NCBI GenBank assembly: GCA_965602635.1
Contig: CBFCZU010000002.1
Span: 1-63,912 of the forward strand
Origin: an uncultured Planctomycetales bacterium
GTDB taxonomy: Bacteria; Planctomycetota; Phycisphaerae; SM23-33
Direction: 5' to 3'
Length of the DNA stretch: 63,912 bases
Each line of letters starts with the position of its first letter. The stretch's first letter is position 1. The position numbers and the translations under genes are program-made. The notes beneath the pieces are model-generated. The model was not told the DNA's origin, did no database searches, and worked only from the letters and a program-made list of their open reading frames with translations. Of this stretch, positions 12,091 to 19,329 are shown piece by piece.

Positions 12091-12924
12091 CTAATGTCTC
12101 TGCCCGACGGCCACGCTCTTGTCCGTGAGGCAGTCGTACCAATGCACAAACATCGCGCCGTTGATCACCATGCGGACGTTGTGCGGATAGCGTTGGTCCC
12201 ACGGTTCGCCCGTGCTCGGGGTGTTCCACATGCGCCCGTTGAAGCGCCGGAAGAGGAAGAGTTCGCCATCCTCGGTGAAGTAGTTCTCAGCCAGCAGTGC
12301 CTGCTCCAGGGCCGCCGCGTCCTGCGGATCTCCCCCTCCGATCCGAAGGTCAATTCCCCGCAGGCAAACCGCGGCACGGTCTCCAACCTGCACCTCGAAC
12401 ATGCCGGCGCCGGCGCAGATGTGCCCGCCCTCGTCGGCGGAGGCCTGTAGCAGGAAGCCGCCGTCGGCTGGTGTGACCGCCCCGGCATCCTCGATCCTTC
12501 GCGGCCAGCGGCCCCAGTCGTCGTCGAAGCCTTCGTCCAGAAAGGAATAGAGAATGCGTTTGTCACTCGACAGCCGACTGGTAGCGAGCCACTCAAAGTG
12601 CTTGTCGGTCAGCCGTGCGAAATGCGTGGTCCCCTCGCGCCAGCCGAGGTCGTCAGACTCCCAGTCGAGATTGCTGACCTCAAAGCCCTCAAGTCGGTTC
12701 ACTTCGGCCGGCCGGAGGACTTGCTGAAATGTGACGCTGGTTAGCTTCCATTCCGGCGGGTCGTACCATGCCATCCAGGCCACCGCCCCGGGCTCCAGTT
12801 TGACTCCCCAGCCGGGCATGCAACTGCTGCAGACGGTGAATGGGCTGGCGTCAGCTCGGGTGACGCGGACGTCAGGACGCACCAAGGGAAATGGCTGTTG
12901 CTTTGATCCGATCTCCGGATTCAT
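12091..12924 (-). CDS. hypothetical soluble protein coupled to an ECF sigma factor
   Basis: 277-aa ORF. Its ATG overlaps the sigma-factor stop (ATGA, 12921-12924). No TM segment, signal peptide or known motif recognised. Confidence 0.6.
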   Translation of the reverse strand: MNPEIGSKQQPFPLVRPDVRVTRADASPFTVCSSCMPGWGVKLEPGAVAWMAWYDPPEWKLTSVTFQQVLRPAEVNRLEGFEVSNLDWESDDLGWREGTTHFARLTDKHFEWLATSRLSSDKRILYSFLDEGFDDDWGRWPRRIEDAGAVTPADGGFLLQASADEGGHICAGAGMFEVQVGDRAAVCLRGIDLRIGGGDPQDAAALEQALLAENYFTEDGELFLFRRFNGRMWNTPSTGEPWDQRYPHNVRMVINGAMFVHWYDCLTDKSVAVGQRH

Positions 12925-13487
12925 CCGTCCTTCTCCTTCTCGTGGAGCTCCATCGCCCGCCTCATGGCTCTGCGGGCGTGGAACAGTTGACTCTTGATCG
13001 TACCCGTCGGCTTATTCAGCTTGGCGGCGATCTCCCGAATCGTCTGGCCGTCCAGGTAGTACATTCGTGCCGCTTGCAGTTGGCGCTGAGGAACGGCGGA
13101 TACCGCCTTTGTGACGCGTCTTCCAGGTTCCTCGCTGCTTCCAGCCGGTCCCACTCGCGTCATGTGCGTTTCGAGAGTAGCAGGATCGGTCGGAGTCTCG
13201 CGCCGGCCTCGCCGCCGGTACCATGCTCTGCAGCGGTTGCGGACGACCGCCAGGAGCCACGGCTTGAACCGGCTTGTGTCTCGTAGCGAGGGCAGGTCGA
13301 GCCAGGCGCTCAGCAGGCTCTCCTGAAGAACGTCCTCGCGATGGTGTGCGTCGGGAACGAGGCGCCGCGTCAGGGCTACCAACGCCGAAGAGTTCCGCTC
13401 TATCAGTTGGGCAAACGCTGGCCCATCTCCTTCTGCCGCGCGAGCCACCAGGTTGTCGTCTGGTTCGCCGGACATGATCACCTTCAC
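12921..13487 (-). CDS. RNA polymerase ECF-type sigma-70 factor
   Basis: Region 2: DVLQESLLSAWLDLPSLRDTSRFKPWLLAVVRNRCRAWYRRR. Region 4: YYLDGQTIREIAAKLNKPTGTIKSQLFHARRAMR. Confidence 0.9.
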   Translation of the reverse strand: MKVIMSGEPDDNLVARAAEGDGPAFAQLIERNSSALVALTRRLVPDAHHREDVLQESLLSAWLDLPSLRDTSRFKPWLLAVVRNRCRAWYRRRGRRETPTDPATLETHMTRVGPAGSSEEPGRRVTKAVSAVPQRQLQAARMYYLDGQTIREIAAKLNKPTGTIKSQLFHARRAMRRAMELHEKEKDG

Positions 13488-13815
13488 CTTACACGGAGTG
13501 CCTGAAGCCTATCAGGTTCAAACTGCTCGAAGTTTATCTGGCTTCGGTCCACCCCGGGCCTGCGGCCAAGATGCGACCCCCCGGACGGCCAAGCCTGGCC
13601 GCTACTCGCACTATCGACGCCGACGGCCGCGGCCCGTCCCGACCGGCCGGAAAGGCGTGTCGGTGCGGCAACAAAGCGCCGGGGTGCAAGGCAAAAGGCG
13701 CGCCGAAGCGACTGGGCGACCGGATGTTGCACTTGACGGGCGTGCTCGTGCGGGTAAGAGTTATCGAGACGCTACCGATGCTCGACAGCAGGAACTCATC
13801 TGAGGGGATCTCGGG

Positions 13816-14616
13816 ATGATCGGGTGTTCGTCTACTACGGATTACTCGGAGGCCATCGCATACCTACGGGAAGACGTCTTGATCAACATCGGCCTGCTGA
13901 ACTCGCTGCAAAGGAACGTGCCTCCGGTTCCGAAGCAGGTGTGGGTCGCGAGAGGGTTGGGCAGCGGAACGGTAGGCGTAATAGTACTCGAGGAAATGCC
14001 CCACGGGCGCTATGCGAGTCTCCACGCCCACTCGCCAGAGGCCGTCGAAGCACTCCTGAGGTGTCTGGACAAGAATAAGACCTACCCTATTCTCGTCTGC
14101 GGGGCCGTCAACGAACTGTTGCGTACGGTCGTGCCCAAGGCGAAGCCTGAATCCATCAACCTCGTGATGACGCTCGCACATGGGGATCTGTGCCAGGTTG
14201 ACCGACCGGGCGAGATTCGCCGACTCACACCGGCAGACAAGGCCCTGACTGACGCGTTTGCGTCGCCAAGGCCGACGCTTACAGATTTCGTCCAATGGGC
14301 GGCAAACGATCCTGACAAGTCGGTGGTGTTCGGCTTGATCGTCGGTGGCAAGATCGCCTCATTCGTACAGTTCGGTGAGGACATCGACGAGTACTGGCAG
14401 GTGGGTGACATCCGGACCCGAACAGACCTTACGCGAAGGGGGTTCGCCAAGGCGCTGCTGGCGCATGCGTCAGCCGAACTACTCGCAAGCGCGCGGACGC
14501 CCCTGTACGACGTGCGTCACAAGAACATCGCGTCCATACGTACAGCCGAGGCAGTGGGATTCCGCGAGAGATGCCGGCGCTACGGGTATGAGGTCAATGC
14601 GAAGGATGTGGCATAG
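13816..14616 (+). CDS. GNAT-family acetyltransferase, two-lobed (weak call)
   Basis: The C-terminal part, IRTRTDLTRRGFAKALLAHASAELLASARTPLYDVRHKNIASIRTAEAVGFRE, resembles the GNAT acetyl-CoA-binding core. GAGGGG lies 8 nt upstream of the ATG. Confidence 0.6.
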   Translation: MIGCSSTTDYSEAIAYLREDVLINIGLLNSLQRNVPPVPKQVWVARGLGSGTVGVIVLEEMPHGRYASLHAHSPEAVEALLRCLDKNKTYPILVCGAVNELLRTVVPKAKPESINLVMTLAHGDLCQVDRPGEIRRLTPADKALTDAFASPRPTLTDFVQWAANDPDKSVVFGLIVGGKIASFVQFGEDIDEYWQVGDIRTRTDLTRRGFAKALLAHASAELLASARTPLYDVRHKNIASIRTAEAVGFRERCRRYGYEVNAKDVA

Positions 14617-14713
14617 CATGTCCTTTCCGTGGGTCTTGCTCGTGCCCACGTCGGGTTACCTATGCCGGTCGTGCGCGGCGTGTCCGGGTACGGAGGGGAA
14701 GTGAGAATTGCGC

Positions 14714-14741
14714 TTGACAGAGGATGGGCGGCCAGTAGAAT
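14714..14741 (+). promoter_or_regulatory. sigma-70-like promoter candidate (TTGACA, 16-nt spacer, TAGAAT)
   Basis: TTGACA at 14714-14719 and TAGAAT at 14736-14741, about 130 nt upstream of the 14872 start. Confidence 0.4.
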
Positions 14742-14871
14742 ATGAGCGGCTTCGAAGGATGCCGCCCGGTCTGCGGGAAGGGTCGAACCCACCTTCACGA
14801 GGAAATTAACCTAACCTTCTTTTCTGCCTGTGAGTGCAGATCCCGGGCGCGAATGGAAAGGAAGGTTTATC

Positions 14872-16194
14872 ATGACCGCATCACTTCCCGAACGCCCCAG
14901 CCTTGAGTACCTAAGGAAACGCGCGAAGGAGTTGCTCAAGGCGCACGAAGCGGGCGACGCGTCGTCCTGCAGGATTCTGCGGCGGCTGCATCGCTTCGTC
15001 GACGCCGCAGACCAAGAGATCCTCGCCGCGAAGTTCACACTGAAGGACGTCCAGTTCGCACTGGCGATGGAGTATGGTTTCAAGAGCTGGGCAAATATGA
15101 AGGCTCACGTCGAATTGCTGCCGGGGCGGGATTCAGGCCGGAGGGACTACTCGGAGGTTTCGCTTCGTGGCAATGGACACAGTGACGACGCATTCTCGCT
15201 GACCTTCGCTGCGGTGGCCGACCTACTCGGCCGCGATGCTCCCTATGAGGAAGTGTTTCCTCTCTCTGTCAATCCGTTTGCACCTGCGTTCTACCTACCG
15301 GAATTGTGCCCCTCGTTCTGGCACCAGCGAGGTCGTTCGCATGGGCTGGATATCCTGTGCGGACGTTTCGGGCTCCGGTCTGAAAGAATCGACCTCCCGG
15401 AAACAGACATCCATCCCATCAGCGAAGCCGAGAGATTCCGGACGGAGCATCTGACCAAGGTGGCCGATATCTTGCGCGACGCTCTCCAGAGCGGATGGGT
15501 GGTCCTCACGGAATCGGGCTGGGCGGCAGCGGACGGCGGGGGCTTCGTCTCTTGGTTGTGGCCGGGGATTGTCGAAGAGGCCAGGTCGGATGGCCTGATC
15601 CTTGGTGCCACACTCAATGGCCGGCACGATAACTACGTCGTCGATCCGGGTCCCTGCTGGGCGCTGTCAGCTAGTTCGGCGGACCTGAGTGATGCGGAGG
15701 CTCAACGAACGGCGCTCGAACTGGCGGTTCATCGGATTCGCGGTGATTGCCCGCCCTTTGAGGCGGGAGATGGAATGACTTTCGGCTTGGCCGCGATGGA
15801 GGCATGGGTGGGAAAGATGGATCACGTCCCGTTCTGCGAGGCATGCGTCGAGTCGGCGCCTGACTCGGACCGCGCTCGCGGCTGGAGCTGCGCCCGCGAC
15901 TGCGCTACCAGTGTCTGTGCAGGTGCGGCAACGGCCTCTGCGTTCTTGCGGACGTGTTCGGCTAGTCCTGAGGCCAACGTCAGGACTCGGCTGCAGGAGG
16001 CCACCGGGAGATACGAAAAGATTGAGCGGCTGCTGCGTCCGTTCACAACATGGGAGGAAGGCAAGGGCTACCACGCAATGATGGGCAACCTGCAAGAGCA
16101 GAAGCAGCACGCTCGGGCGGTGTTGCAGCCTATTAGCGAGGAACTGACCGAGGCGGCCTCAGCCATGGAAGGGGCACTCACGGCCATGCCGTGA
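14872..16194 (+). CDS. hypothetical protein with an N-terminal PSLEYLRKRAKELLKAH-type helical module
   Basis: GGAAAGGAAGG Shine-Dalgarno upstream of the ATG at 14872. N-terminal ~90 aa: PSLEYLRKRAKELLKAHEAGD...FTLKDVQFALAMEYGFKSWANMKAHVE. The rest is unassigned and Cys-rich near the C-terminus. Confidence 0.65.
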   Translation: MTASLPERPSLEYLRKRAKELLKAHEAGDASSCRILRRLHRFVDAADQEILAAKFTLKDVQFALAMEYGFKSWANMKAHVELLPGRDSGRRDYSEVSLRGNGHSDDAFSLTFAAVADLLGRDAPYEEVFPLSVNPFAPAFYLPELCPSFWHQRGRSHGLDILCGRFGLRSERIDLPETDIHPISEAERFRTEHLTKVADILRDALQSGWVVLTESGWAAADGGGFVSWLWPGIVEEARSDGLILGATLNGRHDNYVVDPGPCWALSASSADLSDAEAQRTALELAVHRIRGDCPPFEAGDGMTFGLAAMEAWVGKMDHVPFCEACVESAPDSDRARGWSCARDCATSVCAGAATASAFLRTCSASPEANVRTRLQEATGRYEKIERLLRPFTTWEEGKGYHAMMGNLQEQKQHARAVLQPISEELTEAASAMEGALTAMP

Positions 16195-16211
16195 TCCCTT
16201 GCACGAAATGA

Positions 16212-16244
16212 CGGGCGGGGCGAGGGCGAATCTCGTCCCGCCCG
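16212..16244. terminator. GC hairpin between convergent genes (bidirectional terminator candidate)
   Basis: cgggcggggcgag / ctcgtcccgcccg forms a 13-bp stem (one G-T pair) with a 7-nt loop. Confidence 0.4.
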
Positions 16245-16291
16245 CCGTGACGCATAGTCCACTGGGCAACTTCCGATGTTCGCGGGAGGGC

Positions 16292-16510
16292 TTATTGCCC
16301 TAGGCCGGCGCGCCGGAAGTGCTCTCTGATGGCCAGCACTGCCTTGCGCACTTGGCGCCGGGAGGTGCCCATTTCCCGCGCGACCGAGGCCTCGGCGGCC
16401 TCGCCCAGACGCTTGGCGATCTCGCGCTGCCTTGGGGCCAGGCCCTCCATCGCGCGGCCGACGTGGGCGGAGAGCTCCGTGTCCTGCCAGCCTTCGCGTC
16501 CAGGCTGCAT
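16292..16510 (-). CDS. small HTH protein resembling sigma-70 region 4 only
   Basis: 72 aa: LAPRQREIAKRLGEAAEASVAREMGTSRRQVRKAVLAIREHFRR looks like a region-4 helix-turn-helix. I found no region 2 in any minus-strand frame upstream. Confidence 0.4.
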   Translation of the reverse strand: MQPGREGWQDTELSAHVGRAMEGLAPRQREIAKRLGEAAEASVAREMGTSRRQVRKAVLAIREHFRRAGLGQ

Positions 16511-16705
16511 TCACCCATGGGATGCCCCGGACTTCCTGTCCCGGATCATCAGGCAAGCCTTTGCTTGCAGGGCCGAACGATACTCGGTTATGCTCCCATT
16601 GAGACTTCGATCTGGGAAATCCGGGTTCCAGTAGGGCCGCGGCCGTGGGCTCGCCGTCGGCCCTGGCGGACGGACTCGCGGTTCATTCCTCGAACGTGGG
16701 AGACG

Positions 16706-17896
16706 ATGCCCCAGGAGATTCCCATCCTCGGCCCCTCCGGCCATGAGCTGACCGATGGCGAGGCGGAGCTGGAGCAGGCCGTCGCGGCGGCCGGGAAGTC
16801 CCTCGACGCTCGCGGGCTCAATACGATCGTCGTCAATGACCCTCAGCGGGAGACGCGGACCGCGGCCGTGCTGGCGCGGCTTCGGGCCGCCCTGCCGGCG
16901 GCGGCCTTTCGAATCCTGGTGGCGACCGGCACGCACTCCTTCGACGCTGCCCGGCGGCGGGCATTCGAGCGGGAGGTGCTCTCGCCCGCAGCCGCCGAGC
17001 AGATAGCCTGGCACGACTGCACGGCCGGCGACCTGGCGAGCGTCCCGGGCCCGGCTGCGTGGCGGTGCCACCCGTGGCTGCTGGACGAGGCCCCCGTCCT
17101 GGGCATAGGCTCGTGCGAGGGGCATTACTTCGCCGGGATAACCGGCGCCCACAAGACGGTGACCGTCGGCTGCGCCGCCAGGGACGACGTGCAGGCCAAC
17201 CACGCCAACGCCCTGTCGAAGGACTCCCGCCCGGGCCGGCTGGCGGGCAATCCCGTCCACGACGGGATCGCGGCGATGGTCGCCTCGCTGGAGGCCCGCC
17301 GGCCTCTGGCGGCGATCAACCTGCTCCAGCTCGAGGGTCGCATCCTCTCGGCCGCAGCCGGGACGCCGCTGGAGGCCCTGGAACGGATCGCCCCAGCCGT
17401 CCGCTCGACCTACTTCCGCGGCATCCCCTCCCCCGCCGACGCCCTGGTGCTCGCGACCGAGGGCGTGCTGGGCCGCAGCTTCTACCAGGCTGACAAGGGG
17501 ATAAAGAACAACGAGTGGGCCGTCCGCGACGGCGGGTGCCTCGTCCTGCTGGCCCCCTGCCCGGAGGGTATCGGGCAGGACCACTTCATGTCGCTGCTCC
17601 GCGAGTGCGGCGACTACGCCTCGGCCGTGGCTCAGGTCGCCCGCCGCGGCTACCGCCTCGGCGACCACAAGGCCGTCAAGCTGCGCTACCTCACCGACGT
17701 CCGGGGCGTGCGGGTCTTCATCGTCAGCGCCGACATTGCCCGCGCCGAGGCCGAGGTCATGGGCATGGCCAAGGCCGACGACGTCGAGGCGGCGCTTGCC
17801 GCGGGCGGCACCGACCCGGGCCGCGACAAGGTCTATCGCGTCGCCGACGCCGCCAACACCTGCGTCACGGTCGATCCCGCCGCCGAGGGCCTTTGA
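16706..17896 (+). CDS. LarA-like (lactate racemase / DUF2088 family) protein
   Basis: From MPQEIPILG: IVVNDPQRET, LVATGTHSF, GSCEGHYFAGITGAHKTVTVG and ANHANAL resemble LarA motifs. The ORF-track start at 16319 overlaps the opposite-strand ORF and is rejected. Confidence 0.75.
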   Translation: MPQEIPILGPSGHELTDGEAELEQAVAAAGKSLDARGLNTIVVNDPQRETRTAAVLARLRAALPAAAFRILVATGTHSFDAARRRAFEREVLSPAAAEQIAWHDCTAGDLASVPGPAAWRCHPWLLDEAPVLGIGSCEGHYFAGITGAHKTVTVGCAARDDVQANHANALSKDSRPGRLAGNPVHDGIAAMVASLEARRPLAAINLLQLEGRILSAAAGTPLEALERIAPAVRSTYFRGIPSPADALVLATEGVLGRSFYQADKGIKNNEWAVRDGGCLVLLAPCPEGIGQDHFMSLLRECGDYASAVAQVARRGYRLGDHKAVKLRYLTDVRGVRVFIVSADIARAEAEVMGMAKADDVEAALAAGGTDPGRDKVYRVADAANTCVTVDPAAEGL

Positions 17897-17927
17897 CAAC
17901 CGCCCGGCGGAGGGATAGCTTACTGCC

Positions 17928-19298
17928 ATGACCGACCTGGCGAACTTCAAGGCCGATATTCTGGTCGTGGACGACGAGGTTTCCCACGCCGAGGCGGTGG
18001 CCGAGGGCCTCTCCCGGCTCAAGCACAACTGCCAGCAGGCCCATTCCGGGTCCGAGGCGATCGCCCGCCTGGAGCAGCAGCACTTCGACGTGATCGTCAC
18101 CGACCTGGTGTTGGGCGGCGAGCATGACGGTCTGGCCGTCCTGGCGGTGGCGCGGAAGCGCTCGCCCGGCACGGAGGTGATCCTCATCACCGCCCACTCC
18201 TCGGTGGCCACCTGCCGGTCGGCCCTTCAGGACGGGGCGTTCGACTACATCGAGAAGCCGCTGGACCTGGACGAGCTGCGGGCGGTCGTGCAGCGGGCGT
18301 CCGAGCGGACGGCCCAGCAGCGGCTCATCCGCGAGCTCCGCGAGCAGCTCGACAAGCACTACGGGCTGGAGGGCATCATCGGCAACTCCGCGGCGATGAT
18401 CTCCGTCCTGGAGACCGTCCGCCGGATCGCACCCTCCAACCTGCCGGTGCTGATACAGGGGGCCTCGGGGACCGGCAAGGAGCTGGTCGCCCGGGCGATC
18501 CACGGCAACTCGCGCCGCAGCGCCAACCGATTCGTCGCCCTGAACTGCGCCGGGCTCAGCGAGACGCTGCTCGAGGACGAGCTGTTCGGGCACGTCAAGG
18601 GCGCCTACACCGGCGCCGCCGCCGACCGGAAGGGACGCTTCGAATACGCCGACGGCGGCACCATGTTCCTCGACGAGGTCGGCGACATGCCCATGGCCAT
18701 GCAGGCCAAGCTGCTCCGCGTCCTGGAGAACGGCGAGCTCGTCCCGGTCGGAAGCAACGAGCCGGTGCACGTGGACGTTCGCATAATCAGCGCCACCAAC
18801 ACCAACCTCGAGCAGCGCGTCGAGAAGAAGCTCTTCCGCCAGGACCTCTTCTTCCGGCTGAACGGGGTCTCGATCCAGCTTCCGCCGCTGAGCCGGCGTC
18901 GGGAGGACATCCCCATGCTGATCGAGCACTTCATCAAGCTGGCCGGCGATGCCCACGGCACGAAGGTCACGGGCATCAGCCCCGAGGCCCAGCGGGCGCT
19001 GATGGCGTTCGACTGGCCCGGCAACGTCCGCCAGCTCCGCAACGTGGTCGAGAACATGGTAGTCCTGGCCGAGGAGGGCAAGCTCGGCACGGGCGACCTC
19101 CCGCCGGAGATTCACGGTGGCGAGCCCGCCGATCGGGGCGGCGCCCTGGTCGGCATGAGCATTTCCGAGGCGGAGAAGGAGCTGATCCGAAACACGCTCA
19201 GGATGGTCGGCGGCAACCGCACCCAGGCCGCCAAGATCCTGGGCATCGGAGAGCGGACGCTGTACCGGAAGATCAAGGAATACGGCCTCAAGGAATAG
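17928..19298 (+). CDS. sigma-54-dependent response regulator (NtrC family)
   Basis: Receiver domain (ILVVDDE, DVIVTDL), AAA+ Walker [15 protein letters not shown] loop (a GAFTGA variant), [18 protein letters not shown] and a C-terminal Fis-type HTH ([21 protein letters not shown]). Confidence 0.93.
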   Translation: MTDLANFKADILVVDDEVSHAEAVAEGLSRLKHNCQQAHSGSEAIARLEQQHFDVIVTDLVLGGEHDGLAVLAVARKRSPGTEVILITAHSSVATCRSALQDGAFDYIEKPLDLDELRAVVQRASERTAQQRLIRELREQLDKHYGLEGIIGNSAAMISVLETVRRIAPSNLPVLIQGASGTGKELVARAIHGNSRRSANRFVALNCAGLSETLLEDELFGHVKGAYTGAAADRKGRFEYADGGTMFLDEVGDMPMAMQAKLLRVLENGELVPVGSNEPVHVDVRIISATNTNLEQRVEKKLFRQDLFFRLNGVSIQLPPLSRRREDIPMLIEHFIKLAGDAHGTKVTGISPEAQRALMAFDWPGNVRQLRNVVENMVVLAEEGKLGTGDLPPEIHGGEPADRGGALVGMSISEAEKELIRNTLRMVGGNRTQAAKILGIGERTLYRKIKEYGLKE

Positions 19299-19329
19299 GC
19301 GGGGTACGTGCGTTGGAATTGGGGGCGCC

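Noticed and set aside
13488-13560. ECF-type autoregulatory promoter (GAAC...CGT) upstream of the 12921-13487 sigma gene.
   Set aside because: The best candidate (tGAACC...CCGTgt on the minus strand) has about 20 nt between AAC and CGT, against the usual 16-17. It would also leave almost no 5' UTR before the Shine-Dalgarno.
14770-14790. tRNA T-arm-like GGGTCGAACCC in the leader of the 14872 gene, a possible tRNA fragment or att site.
   Set aside because: The loop is too short for a T-loop. No acceptor or anticodon arms can be drawn around it. No matching repeat occurs elsewhere in the window.
16551-16569. Sigma-54 promoter-like aGGcaagcctttGCttgca upstream of the LarA-like gene, next to an NtrC-type activator.
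   Set aside because: The GG-to-GC spacing is one base short of the tightly conserved TGGCAC-N5-TTGC geometry, and the flanking bases do not match. Other TGGCAC occurrences (11338, 15319, 17009, 41140) lie inside genes and lack a TTGC element.
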